Source: Pelagomonas calceolata (lineage: Eukaryota). From it: a stretch of 64,000 nt of DNA. Below, piece after piece: positions 40,879-51,074 of this stretch. The notes below the pieces were generated by a model. It saw nothing but the letters and a program-made list of their open reading frames with translations, was not told the DNA's origin and did no database searches. The position numbers and the translations under genes are program-made. The first letter of the stretch is position 1; every line of letters starts with the position of its first letter. The DNA lies in contig CAKKNE010000002.1 of assembly GCA_918797485.1 (NCBI GenBank), positions 4,526,001 to 4,590,000 of the forward strand, read 5' to 3'.

Positions 40879-42312
40879 ATGAGGCCACCCCTCCTGCTGG
40901 GCTGCCTCGCGTGGACGGCGCGAGGCGCGGACCTCTACGCCGTGGTCAACGCGTCGCGGGACGCATCGACTGATGCCCTCCTAGCATCGTACGTCGAAGC
41001 AGTCGACCGCGACCTCGCGCCCGCGGCCGCCGACGCCGAGGCGCTCGCGCTCGAAGCGTCGCGAGCCGCTGACGCGCACGATACAGCTCTCAAGGAGGCG
41101 CGTCAGGCCGCAGCACATGCGCGGACCGCGCGCGCGGCCGTGGAGGACGCGCTGTTGGACGCGAAGCGCGCCATCCGCCACGCGGCCTCGGCATTGAAAC
41201 AAGCCGTCCAGGGCAAGGAGCTCGAGGCCACGCTCGCGAGGCACGGCCGCGGCCAGCGTTTGGCGGACGCCGAGGTCGACCGTAGTGCCGCGAAGGCCAA
41301 GGACGTCGTCCTGAAGCGCCACGCGGACGTCCAGCGCACAGCCCGCCAGGTCGAGGCCAACGCCACGGCCGCCCTATTAATGTCCTCGCTCTCGGAGGAG
41401 TCGGCATCACACGTAAGACGCGTCTGGACGTCTTTTTTGAGACCCGCGCCGTCAACGATGACCCCCAAACAAATCGCGGAGCGGGTCCCGACCACAGAAG
41501 AGCTCCTCGACGCCTGCGACCCTTTGCTGAGTTCGTACGCGGAGAGGACCTGGCCCAAGTGGTCCTGGTGGATCCCGGCGGAAGACAACGACCCGCGCTT
41601 TAACAAGCGGCGCGCGTGGCAGAAGACGCTGTCCCAGGCGTTCAATTACATGACCCGGCCCGTGCAGCTCGTGCAGTTCCAGCATTCCGTATTACGGGAG
41701 GTGGCCCATTTACCCACGAAGGACGTGTCACGATTCATCTCCGAGAAGCTGGTCATGAACGAGTCGTCGGGCAACGTCTCCACAACGTCGGGGCGCTTCA
41801 TCCTCGACGCCATCAACGCGACGCGCGCCCTCAATGATCCGGGCCTCGCGGGCTTCGAGACGCCGACGCCGGACGTGCTCGCCAAACGGCCGCCGCGCTT
41901 CGTCGAAAGAAGAAGTTTATTAACTGAGGAGCGCGGCGCGGCGAACGCGTCGCTCGCGCGGGCCATCGAGACGTCCTGCGAGCGTTTGGATAATGTGCCC
42001 GACGCCCTGCGCCACGCGCAGCGCCTGGCCGAGGCGGCCGGCGCCGCCGCGGCGGAAGCAAAGCGGGCCTTGATAGATGCGGACGCCCTGCGTCTGAAGG
42101 CCGACGCGGCGCTTGCGACGGCCCGCGCCGCCGCGGCGGCCCACGGCGACCGGGCGCGGTCCTTGGACGCGGCGTTTCGGGTCTTCTCCGACGCGGCCGC
42201 GCGGGAGGCGTACGACGCGCCATGTATACCCTCGCGCGACGCGCCGGGCTGCTGCGAGCGCGCCGCGCCTGGTGGCGCCGGCGTCGTGCTGACTTGTGCT
42301 GTTGACGACTAA
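40879..42312 (+). CDS. Secreted or ER coiled-coil protein with split J-domain-like ends
   Basis: Signal peptide; DLYAVVNASRDASTDALLASY near the N-terminus and LDAAFRVFSDAAAREAYD near the C-terminus. Confidence 0.7.
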   Translation: MRPPLLLGCLAWTARGADLYAVVNASRDASTDALLASYVEAVDRDLAPAAADAEALALEASRAADAHDTALKEARQAAAHARTARAAVEDALLDAKRAIRHAASALKQAVQGKELEATLARHGRGQRLADAEVDRSAAKAKDVVLKRHADVQRTARQVEANATAALLMSSLSEESASHVRRVWTSFLRPAPSTMTPKQIAERVPTTEELLDACDPLLSSYAERTWPKWSWWIPAEDNDPRFNKRRAWQKTLSQAFNYMTRPVQLVQFQHSVLREVAHLPTKDVSRFISEKLVMNESSGNVSTTSGRFILDAINATRALNDPGLAGFETPTPDVLAKRPPRFVERRSLLTEERGAANASLARAIETSCERLDNVPDALRHAQRLAEAAGAAAAEAKRALIDADALRLKADAALATARAAAAAHGDRARSLDAAFRVFSDAAAREAYDAPCIPSRDAPGCCERAAPGGAGVVLTCAVDD

Positions 42313-42382
42313 GTTATTGCCTGTGTATACTAGTATCCTCTATACGCCCTCGGCGCGGAGTCATAACATAACATTTATACTA

Positions 42383-43186
42383 CTAGAGGTCCGTCGCGGG
42401 CGTGTGAATCGGGAGGTCCGTCCGCCCCGGCGGCGGCGCCGCGAGGTGCTCGAGGAAGAAGTCCAATAAACGGCCCCACGCCAAATCGGCCTGGCGCATG
42501 TCGTAGGCCGGGAAGCCCATTTTTTCCTGCCTTTCCTCGAAAGTGGAAAAGGGCGCCGGCTCGGGGTTCATGAACGCGTGGCCGACGCCCTCGTAGATGA
42601 AGACCTTGGCGTTCGTCAACTCCTTCTCCAACCTTGCGCCCGTCGCGGGGTCCGAAAAGCCCTCCATGGCGTCCAGGGCGCCAAAATGGCCCTGGACCGG
42701 CTTTTTCAGTTTTTTGGCGTCGAAGAGCCCGAAGTTCACTCCATAAAAAGGGGCGCCCGCCACGATGTCGTCGGACGCGGCCAGCGCTCCTAATGTTAAA
42801 GCGCCGCCCATGCAGAAGCCGACCACGCCGACGCGCGACGAGCCCGTCTTCTTCAGGTATTGTGCCGCGATGCCGATCTCCTCGATGGCCTTCGGGAAGT
42901 CGAGCTCGCCCATCAGGTGCGATGCTTCTTCCGCATTGATACCCTTCTTTCCTTTGTAGATGTCTGGTACCAAAACGCGGTAGCCGTGCTGCGCGAGGCG
43001 TAAAGCCTTCTGCATCGTGCCCCGGTCGACGCCCCACCACTCCTGGATGACTATTATTGAAGGCGCGTCGGCCTCGCCGCCCACGTAGACGGGGATGTCT
43101 TGGTTGTCTCCCAGCTTTACGGGGACGAGCGTCGCGTGCGCGATTGCTTCGGCGGCGGCCGCGCAGGCGACGAGTTTGAGGAGCAT
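42383..43186 (-). CDS. Dienelactone hydrolase family protein
   Basis: IQEWWGV, LVPDIY, GFCMGG, FYG, YEGVGHAFMN. Confidence 0.92.
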   Translation of the reverse strand: MLLKLVACAAAAEAIAHATLVPVKLGDNQDIPVYVGGEADAPSIIVIQEWWGVDRGTMQKALRLAQHGYRVLVPDIYKGKKGINAEEASHLMGELDFPKAIEEIGIAAQYLKKTGSSRVGVVGFCMGGALTLGALAASDDIVAGAPFYGVNFGLFDAKKLKKPVQGHFGALDAMEGFSDPATGARLEKELTNAKVFIYEGVGHAFMNPEPAPFSTFEERQEKMGFPAYDMRQADLAWGRLLDFFLEHLAAPPPGRTDLPIHTPATDL

Positions 43187-43293
43187 GGCTGCGTCTGTTC
43201 AACGAGAGCTGCTGCTCTGTGGTCGACGCACGTCTTATCGACTGCAGATCACCGCGCTTGGGCTGCTTTTCCAAAGTTTGGCGCAGCTTGCTA

Positions 43294-43320
43294 GCTAGCG
43301 GCAGTAAGACACTAGCAAGC
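43294..43320 (+). promoter_or_regulatory. Double-CTAG intergenic motif copy
   Basis: GCTAGCGGCAGTAAGACACTAGCAAGC between divergent genes. Confidence 0.65.
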
Positions 43321-43512
43321 AAAGCAAGCTGGGCAGCGAGGGCGCAAAACAGGGCGCAAGGAGGCCCACCAGACATCACAGCACAGCTGCAGCTCGCCAA
43401 CAGCGCGCTAGGCCGGGAGCTTCCGAAATCTGGGCTCCGCGAGGCCACCAAGGCCACCAGCCACCCCTCACACTTACAGCAGACGTACAGCGGCGCGGCG
43501 CAACATTAAACC

Positions 43513-44721
43513 ATGGCGCGAAATGAAGAAAAAGCCCAGCTCATGCTCAACAAGTGGGTGACCATGAAGGAGCAGTTCAACTCCGGCCAGGCCGCCGAGC
43601 GCCGGCCCTTCCTCGCGACCGACTGCTCGAGTTTGGCCGACTGCGAGAAGTGGCGCATGCAAATTGTCAGAGAGGTCACGAAGAAGGTCGCGGCCATCCA
43701 GAACGCGGGTTTGGGAGAGCACAAGATCCGGGACCTCAATGATAATATAAACAAGCTCTTGCGGGAAAAAGGCCACTGGCAGCGGCGCATAAGGGACCTG
43801 GGCGGGCCGGACTACAACGCCCTCGAGCCGAAGGCGCTGGACGCCGAGGGTCGGCCCCTGCCCGGTGGTGGCGGCTACCGGTACTTTGGGGCCGCTCGAG
43901 ACCTACCGGGCGTGAAGGAGCTGTTCGAGGCGCCCCCTCCCCAAAAGAAACGTAGGACAAGAGGCGACATGATGAGGAACGTCACGCCGGACTACTACGG
44001 GTTCCGGGATGATGACGACGGTGGAGCATTGAAGGCGCAGGAGGCGGCAGTCGAGCGGCCGCGCGTCGAGGAAGCTAGACAGGCGGAGCTGGCCGCTCGG
44101 GCGGAGCGGCGCGCGCGGAATGATGGAGCGGAGTCGTCGGACGACGATCCCTTGGACGAGCCGGCGTTGCTGGACGGCATCCGGCGCGCGACGGACGCGT
44201 CGGCCCAGGCCTTCGAGGAGGTCATGGGCGGCGGCGGGGCCCAGGACCTGGCGGGCCGGAAGCGGGCGTTATTGGAGGCGCTCGGCGCCGACGACGACCT
44301 GCGGCCGGCCGCGGCGGCGCCCGCGCCGGCCGCGCCGGTCGCGCCGCCGGTGTCCGAGGCGCCGCCGGTCGCGCTGCGGCCGGCCGATGCGACTGCGCGT
44401 CCGTCGACGGGCGGCTTCTCGGAGCACGGCGACGACGCGCCGGCCGCCGCGCCGGCCGCCGCGCCGGCGAAGCCTCCTAAGAAGCCGGCGGCCAAGCCCG
44501 CGAAGGCGCCCGCGGCGGCGCCGCCCGCGCCCGCGCCGGAGCCGGCCGTGCCCGCGCCGGAGCCGGCCGCGGAGCCGGCGCCCGCGGCCGCCCCCAAGTG
44601 GACCGTCGGAGAGGTGAACAAGATGACGGTACCCAAGCTGAAAGCTGCGCTGACGGAGCTCGGGCTCGCGACGGACGGGCTCAAGAAGGTCCTGAAGGAG
44701 CGGCTTCTGGCGGCGCTCTAA
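43513..44721 (+). CDS. ISY1: Pre-mRNA splicing factor ISY1 with C-terminal SAP domain
   Basis: MARNEEKAQLMLNKW, IRDLNDNINKLLREKGHW, LGGPDY, GYRYFGAARDLPGVKELF, YYGFRD; ends MTVPKLKAALTELGLATDGLKKVLKERL. Confidence 0.93.
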   Translation: MARNEEKAQLMLNKWVTMKEQFNSGQAAERRPFLATDCSSLADCEKWRMQIVREVTKKVAAIQNAGLGEHKIRDLNDNINKLLREKGHWQRRIRDLGGPDYNALEPKALDAEGRPLPGGGGYRYFGAARDLPGVKELFEAPPPQKKRRTRGDMMRNVTPDYYGFRDDDDGGALKAQEAAVERPRVEEARQAELAARAERRARNDGAESSDDDPLDEPALLDGIRRATDASAQAFEEVMGGGGAQDLAGRKRALLEALGADDDLRPAAAAPAPAAPVAPPVSEAPPVALRPADATARPSTGGFSEHGDDAPAAAPAAAPAKPPKKPAAKPAKAPAAAPPAPAPEPAVPAPEPAAEPAPAAAPKWTVGEVNKMTVPKLKAALTELGLATDGLKKVLKERLLAAL

Positions 44722-44741
44722 GCATCTTGACACTAGTGTCA

Positions 44742-45716
44742 CTATGACGTCTCCTTACGCCCCCCGCCCTGGCTACCGACGCCCTTCCCGCCGTGCCACG
44801 CCGCCGCGCCGGCGTCCGAATCCGGCGCCACGAGGTGCAGCTCGGGATCAAAGGCCCAGACGTCGGGCGCCTCGCGCACGCGCGCCGCCAGCTTCGCCGG
44901 ATCCAATAAATTGTTCGTCCCGACCACGGTCATGCCCGGCGGCACGTCCACGCTCACGACCGCCTGGGCGGCTACGGTCACGTCGTCGCCTATTCTTATA
45001 TCTCCGACGATCGTCGCACCGACACCTAGAGTGACGCGATCCCCAATGGACGGATGCCGCTTCGTTCGAGCTTTACCAGTACCGCCCAGCGTCACGCCGT
45101 GCAGAATCGTGCAGTCCCTCCCAATGGTGGCGGTCTCGCCAATCACGACAGAAGTCGCGTGATCAATAAAACACCCCCCGCCGATCTGCGCTCCTGGATG
45201 GACACACACGGCAAATAACTCATTTATCCGATCCTGGATCGCGAACGCGACATGATCATTCTCAAAGCCTCCGGCCTTCCAGAACACATGGGCCGCCCGC
45301 TGCGCCTGCACGGCGTGGAACCCTTTGAGATATGCTATCGTTTGTAAATGGGTCGTTGCTGCTGGATCTCTCTTGATGATGGCCGCGACGTCGGCACCGA
45401 CGCGCTCGTCGCCTCGAAGCGCGTCCCAGAGCAATTGCCGCAAAGCCCCGCGCGGCAATCTAGTATCGGATGCGGCCCGGGACATTTTCGCACTGACCAC
45501 TTCAGCGACGGCTTCATGTAACGAACCACACTTGACCAGCGCCGCCATATCCGGGCGGCTCCTCCTGGCGAACGCCTCGGCTCGTAACTGCTCGAATTGC
45601 GTTTGATCCCTAACGGCGGGGCTCACGCCGACGCCGCCGGACGCTGCCGGTAGTGCGTCCGAGAAGTTGCGGCGGCGGCGGCGGCGCGTTGCGGCTCTTA
45701 GGACGGCGCGCCGCAT
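44742..45716 (-). CDS. Serine O-acetyltransferase (CysE/SAT) with transit-peptide-like N-terminus
   Basis: RDPA, LKGFHAVQAQR, VHPGAQIGGGCFIDHATSVVIGETA, GVTLGGTGK, RHP; ATG at 45716. Confidence 0.92.
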   Translation of the reverse strand: MRRAVLRAATRRRRRRNFSDALPAASGGVGVSPAVRDQTQFEQLRAEAFARRSRPDMAALVKCGSLHEAVAEVVSAKMSRAASDTRLPRGALRQLLWDALRGDERVGADVAAIIKRDPAATTHLQTIAYLKGFHAVQAQRAAHVFWKAGGFENDHVAFAIQDRINELFAVCVHPGAQIGGGCFIDHATSVVIGETATIGRDCTILHGVTLGGTGKARTKRHPSIGDRVTLGVGATIVGDIRIGDDVTVAAQAVVSVDVPPGMTVVGTNNLLDPAKLAARVREAPDVWAFDPELHLVAPDSDAGAAAWHGGKGVGSQGGGRKETS

Positions 45717-45971
45717 CGTCTCTGTGGCTTCGGAGCGCGAGTTTCGTTGTGCTCGAGTCCAGCTGCGGGACGCAAGGCGCTCGCGCGAGCAGTATACGTT
45801 GCGAGGAGCTGCAGCTGCAGTAGCAGCAGTGCTATGCTGCGTCTGCTGGGCGTCGCCCGGCGTAGCAGAATGGATGCGTTGGTTGTGAGGGACCACCAGT
45901 GCGTAAGAATGCCACTCCTTTAGACCAGCAGGCAACGATATCGCCGGTCTCGGCTCCGGGCCTAAGTCCGA

Positions 45972-45999
45972 TCTAGCGGCATGTAAGTCACTAGCAAGC
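45972..45999 (+). promoter_or_regulatory. Double-CTAG intergenic motif copy
   Basis: TCTAGCGGCATGTAAGTCACTAGCAAGC upstream of the SAT gene. Confidence 0.6.
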
Positions 46000-47325
46000 A
46001 AAACGACATGCAGTCGTTTGAGCTTCGTTCTGTTCGATAATGGTCCAAAGAGATCAATGGGACGCTTGCTGGGGGCCGAAAAAATTAATTTTTTTAATTC
46101 GCGAAATTGACGACGCCGCCATGGCGGGCGCGTCGGTGGAATCCTGTCGATTCGTGGTCCTGAGGTCTCCCCGGGGTCGCCTAGGGTCCTCACGAGACAT
46201 GTGCAATCCCCTACGCCGCATGCGCGGGCACTTCCAGCGGTAGATAGATATGGCAATTCTCTTAGCCAGGCATCTCACTTGCCCATGATTTGCCAAAGTT
46301 TTGGATCCAGAGGTCTCTGGAGAGCCCCAAGCGCCACCGCATGCGGCGTAGGCGACTACCCGACCCCAGACCTATCCCGGAGGCAGTCCGCGAGCCGATC
46401 TACATCCGAAAAAAGTAAACAATTTGGGCCCGATGGCGCCCCGTTCCCGTCAAAAACGTCAATTACCCGAGGGCCTCCAGTAGTCGCCGTAGCGGTCTCG
46501 TTGGACCCCATACTACCCCAGCGATAGTCAATTACAAGTATATGACATCTACATCATAAGAAGGGTACTTTTGGCTGCCAACGCTCGGGACGTGAACATC
46601 TTGATCTGGACCCCGCGCAAGTCAGTCGGTCATGAAACAAATGATCGCGTTATGGTCCATGGTGAAGGTACACGGGCTGATGGCCGCAGGTTCAAGTTAT
46701 TTGCCAATTTGAGCGAGATCGTGGGCCCGGGAGACTGACGACCCGCGCCGAGCATCTTTGGGTCTCGGAGCAATGTAGTACGCAATCAAGCCGGTTAGCT
46801 GGCTCGTCCCGGAACCGAAGCGCCTGAAACGCAAATTTATTGTACAAACCACCGGTCTGGGGCCTTTCTGGTGCTCCGCGTACGCACCGTCGTCCGCGGA
46901 GAACGGGCAAGTCGGTCGATTGTGAATAGAACAACGGCGTTATGGTCCATCTGGGTGGTGGCGTCGCTGATACTCTCAGATTTATGTTCTGAGCTCACCA
47001 TTGGAAAAACGTAAGGCGCGAAGTCGTCGTTTCGCGCGGCTCTAACGGAGTACATGATCATGCTCACTGTCGCTGAGGCGGATTGTATGGAATCTACCAC
47101 TACTAAATGGAGTAAAACGAACATAAACTCGAGAGTTGTCTAGTAGAATTCTTCTCCCGCCCTCCGAGCGCGGGCCGTCGGCTCCGGTTCCGTCGATTGT
47201 GGATGAAAACTGGGCTGGAGTTGATATGATGTAGTATTTGGACGGTAGATGGCGGTGTCAATCGCTGGTGTATTTTGGCAAGCCGCAAGGAATAGCGATC
47301 TAGCGTATGGACACACTAGGAATCC

Positions 47326-47380
47326 GTATATATATATATATGTATATATGTATATACATACATTTAGTATACATGTATAC
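47326..47380. repeat. TA-rich microsatellite
   Basis: GTATATATATATATATGTATATATGTATATACATACA...GTATACATGTATAC. Confidence 0.85.
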
Positions 47381-47515
47381 AGGCCTAGGCGGATGGCTTT
47401 TGAAAGCAGACCTCTCCGACTGATCCCCGAATAGTGAAGTTCAGAGCTTAATTCCCGCTCCGGGAATGATAAAAAAAAACACAAAACTACTGTTTAAACG
47501 AGCGCCGCGAGCGCG

Positions 47516-48958
47516 CTACGCGTCGCTGCGTCCACGACCGTTAATGGCGTTGCCGAGGGCTTCGGCGACCCCGTACGCCGCGTTGGCCACCGCCGCGGCG
47601 ACGTCGTACATCGCCGCGGCGACCCCCGCGGCGACGTCGTACATCGCCTGGCCAACCCTCGCGGCGACGCCGTAGATCGCCTGGCCAACCCTCGCGGCGA
47701 CGCCGTAGATCGCCTGGCCAACCCTCGCGGCGACTGCGCACATCGCCGCGGCGACGGCGTAGATGCCGCGGCCCAGGGGCGCCATGATATGATCGTAGAC
47801 GCCGTACATCACGGCGAGCACGAAGTTGCGCAGCGGCGTCACGACGTGCTCCCCGACCCAGTTGCAGCATTTTCCAATGGACCGGCAGATGCAGGTACAG
47901 CACTTGCATGCGGCCCCGGCGACGGCGTTGCAGCCTCTGGCTATCTGCCGGCAGATAGCGGCGCAGCATTGTACGAGGGGCTTCACGACAATGCGGCAGA
48001 TTGCTCGACAGCAGACGCCGACGGCCTCCCCGACCGCCGCATAGCATCGACGAAGCGCGTAGGCCATGCCGTTACAGCATTTCCGAATCACTTTTACGAT
48101 AGGCGCCACGAAGATGCGATGTGCGGCGGCGCAGCATTGGCGGATCGCACGGCCGAGGGCGGCACAGCACCGCCCGACGGCCGCGAGGCATCGTTTGAGT
48201 AAATTCCCGAGGGCGGTACAGCATCGCGAGACCGCGGCCGCGACTGGCGCCACGAAGATGCGATGTGCGGCGGCGCAGCATTTGTGGATTGCGCGGCCGA
48301 GGGCGGTACAGCATCGGCCGACGGCCGCGAGGCATCGTTTGAGTAAATTGCAGAGGGCGGTACAGCACCGCCCAACGGCGGCCGCGACTGGCGCCACGAA
48401 GATGCGATGTGCGGCGGCGCAGCATTTGTGGATGGCGCGGCCGAGGGCGGTACAGCACCGACCCACCGCGTCGCAGCAGCGGAAGAGGGCCACGCAGAAT
48501 CTGCCGAGGGGCACGCAACAAACGTAATACACAACGTCACCCATCAATTCCCAGCACCTTTTCAAGCACGGCGGCAGGCACCGACGCAGGAGGAAGCCGA
48601 GCGCGCAGGGGCAGCACACGAAGTAGAGGCAGAGTTTCCGGAGGAAGCGGAGGGGCGTCGAGCGGTCGTACTCGGTGAAGAGGGGAATGCGCTCGGCGAC
48701 GGCGACGGCGCCGTCCTGGGAGCGTTCCAATGGCGCCCCCTCGACCGGCTGCGCGGTCGGCACGTCCCCGAGCGCTGCTTCGAGGTCCACGAACTCCGTG
48801 CCCTCCTCGGCGAGGTCGTCATCGGAAAAGGTGTCCCCAGACAGCGTGCGAGCCTCGACGAGAGATGCGTCCAAGTAGTGCTCCCATGCAGCACCGGCTC
48901 GCATGGGACCGGCTGATGCAGATGCAGCACCTTCATCATTGCCAGGGCTTCCTCTCAT
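47516..48958 (-). CDS. Cys-doublet-rich repeat protein
   Basis: 480-aa ORF; 48-aa unit repeated about 2.6 times (144-bp DNA period at 48102, 48246, 48390) and C-terminal 11-aa AARVGQAIYGV repeats. Confidence 0.75.
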   Translation of the reverse strand: MRGSPGNDEGAASASAGPMRAGAAWEHYLDASLVEARTLSGDTFSDDDLAEEGTEFVDLEAALGDVPTAQPVEGAPLERSQDGAVAVAERIPLFTEYDRSTPLRFLRKLCLYFVCCPCALGFLLRRCLPPCLKRCWELMGDVVYYVCCVPLGRFCVALFRCCDAVGRCCTALGRAIHKCCAAAHRIFVAPVAAAVGRCCTALCNLLKRCLAAVGRCCTALGRAIHKCCAAAHRIFVAPVAAAVSRCCTALGNLLKRCLAAVGRCCAALGRAIRQCCAAAHRIFVAPIVKVIRKCCNGMAYALRRCYAAVGEAVGVCCRAICRIVVKPLVQCCAAICRQIARGCNAVAGAACKCCTCICRSIGKCCNWVGEHVVTPLRNFVLAVMYGVYDHIMAPLGRGIYAVAAAMCAVAARVGQAIYGVAARVGQAIYGVAARVGQAMYDVAAGVAAAMYDVAAAVANAAYGVAEALGNAINGRGRSDA

Positions 48959-49401
48959 CTACGCGGCGCTTTGGGCAGCCGTTCTTTTCGGCGTAGCGCG
49001 TGCGCCTTCGGTGACAAAGCATTAAACATTGTTATACGGTGGTTTGGGCTGCCTGCCATGCTTAAGCGCTTATGATTTCAGGCGGAGGTGACCACGGACA
49101 CGCCGGGAAGGTACTAAACGCTCGCACGAGCAACAAAAGCTGCCCCAACTCCTTGAAGGTGCGGGTTTGCGGAACTTTCTGCCCGCCGCGGCCGCGCAGC
49201 CGTGGGTAAGTCTAGCATGCCCTAGTAGGGAGCGCTAACGCGGTGACGCGACGTACGTGTTTTGCCTGCGATGGAAAGGCGCGCCGGCGGTGCCGCGGAA
49301 CGTCTGAACCTCGTCGTCTGAACTCCATGCCCCGTACACTAGGGTTGTTTGTGTAAGGGAAGGAAGGGCTCGCTCGGAAACCCGAATTGCATCGAGGCGT
49401 A

Positions 49402-50457
49402 CTAGGTACTGCTCTTACCCTTGTCGTCAGCGCCCTTGTGCAACAGCTTCGTCAAATCTTCAAGAGTGATCTGCGCGACCTTGTTCGCCAGGGCCACGTC
49501 CCCATCCTCGGTCTCGCGCTCGAACGCGCGCTTCTCCAGGATCGCCATGACTTCTGGTGTCCTCGCCATCTTCGCGGCGATCTTGTCGCCGCCTTTGGTC
49601 GACAGGACGTGCAGCGCCCAGGCGCCTTCTGACGAGCAGTCCGGCCGATCGGACGCGGCAAGCCTAGCGAGCGCGACGGGCCCGCTCATTAATTCGCCGT
49701 CCAAAGCTTCGCCTCGTGCTGCATTCGCAATTCTATTTAATGCCGCGACGGCGTGCTCCTTGACCTCGGCGCGGCCGTCGGCCACGAGTAACCGTGACAA
49801 TAGCCGGGGCACCTTGGCCCTACACAGTTCTCCGGCTTGGTTCGCGCCGTCCGAGGCGACGTTCGCGGCCAACACGCAGCACTGCAGGAGGATGTCCTGG
49901 TCCGTCCTTAGTGACAGAGACTGGACGATGAGCAACGCGAGGCCCTGCTTTAATAGGTGGGAGGTGACCGGGTGCGTGCTAATCGCAGCGAGCCACCGCA
50001 GCGCCGCGAGCAACGACAAGCGCTCGGGCGCGGCCCGCTCCGACGGCGCGCCCGGGCGGCCGCAGTGTCTACAAATAGCCATGACCGTCGGCAGCGTCGA
50101 CAGCTGCTGGCCGAGCAAGGGCGGTGACCGTAGCAACGCGATCTCCGACAGCGCCTCGAGCACGGGCGGGAGGATGGCGTCCCGTCTTTCGTCGCGCACG
50201 GAGCAGAGCGCCGGGGCATCATCAGGGGTGTTCGTCGCAGCTACTAACCGCCAGCTCCGTGACACGATCTGGGACCGTTGCAATTCAGTGAAAGCTGTGG
50301 CGTTCTTGCTCGCTAGTGCTCGAAGCTCCTCGGCTGCTTTGCCGCGGCGGTCGGCCTCGGTGTCCTTCGCGCAGCACTCGTCGATGAGGGCTTTCGCCGT
50401 CTTGAGGTCCTTGGCGGCGGCGAGGGGCGTGGTTTGGGCTTCGGCGATGGCGGACAT
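49402..50457 (-). CDS. Armadillo-repeat-like protein
   Basis: Helical repeats (AAEELRALA, CCVLAANVA, EHAVAALNRIA, GAWALHVL); ATG at 50457. Confidence 0.7.
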   Translation of the reverse strand: MSAIAEAQTTPLAAAKDLKTAKALIDECCAKDTEADRRGKAAEELRALASKNATAFTELQRSQIVSRSWRLVAATNTPDDAPALCSVRDERRDAILPPVLEALSEIALLRSPPLLGQQLSTLPTVMAICRHCGRPGAPSERAAPERLSLLAALRWLAAISTHPVTSHLLKQGLALLIVQSLSLRTDQDILLQCCVLAANVASDGANQAGELCRAKVPRLLSRLLVADGRAEVKEHAVAALNRIANAARGEALDGELMSGPVALARLAASDRPDCSSEGAWALHVLSTKGGDKIAAKMARTPEVMAILEKRAFERETEDGDVALANKVAQITLEDLTKLLHKGADDKGKSST

Positions 50458-51074
50458 TTTCCTAATAAATGATCTCTGCGGCTTCCTGTGCACACTGCTC
50501 TCTTGGAGCTCTCTGCTTGATTGATCGATTGCTCGTCTTGTTTGGATGCCAAACACGCTCACACGTCGCAGGCTATGATGAAAATGCTCTGCTGCGCTGC
50601 TGAATGCAGCGATGATTCGTCTGCCGCTGCTTGCGGAGCACAATATTGGGCTGGCTTGCAAGACCTCCAAGGCCCTCGCAAAGTGTGTCGTTTTTTTTTT
50701 CGGCGCCCGCCATCCGTGCAGACGCTTCCTGCAGTCGACTTCACGAGTCCCATGGCTGCAAAAAATGTCACGCCCCGAATTATTGGCAGCCAGCTCCAGC
50801 GCCGTCGGGGCTCCGTACCGCCTCGCATACGAGGTTACAGCTCGTTTGAAACTGTGCATCGGAGAGTTTGCGACGCATATCAGAGCGCTGTGGAACGACA
50901 GCACTCAAAACGAGCCGATAGCTGCGAAACTCGAAAGTGTTCGAGCCAGTGGTTGCGTACGTGTATCCGAGTCCTCGTGAGCTACAAACCGCGCAAAACA
51001 GCGCTGTACAGCTGCGAAACTCGAGCAGAGCCAACCAGCACCGATAGCGCACTCAAAGCCAACTCGTCGAAGCC

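Noticed and set aside
45717..46256. 180-aa N-terminal extension of serine acetyltransferase in the ORF track
   Set aside because: Non-ATG start, crosses the promoter-like motif at 45972, and has non-coding composition; ATG 45716 gives a plausible transit peptide
47570..48470. Regular repeats resembling a CRISPR array
   Set aside because: Tandem coding repeats with periods that are multiples of 3, no unique spacers and no cas genes; eukaryotic context
48960..49400. Possible RNase P/MRP-like or other ncRNA in the spacer
   Set aside because: Only vague resemblance of short motifs; I could not establish conserved helices by eye (an Rfam cmscan would decide)
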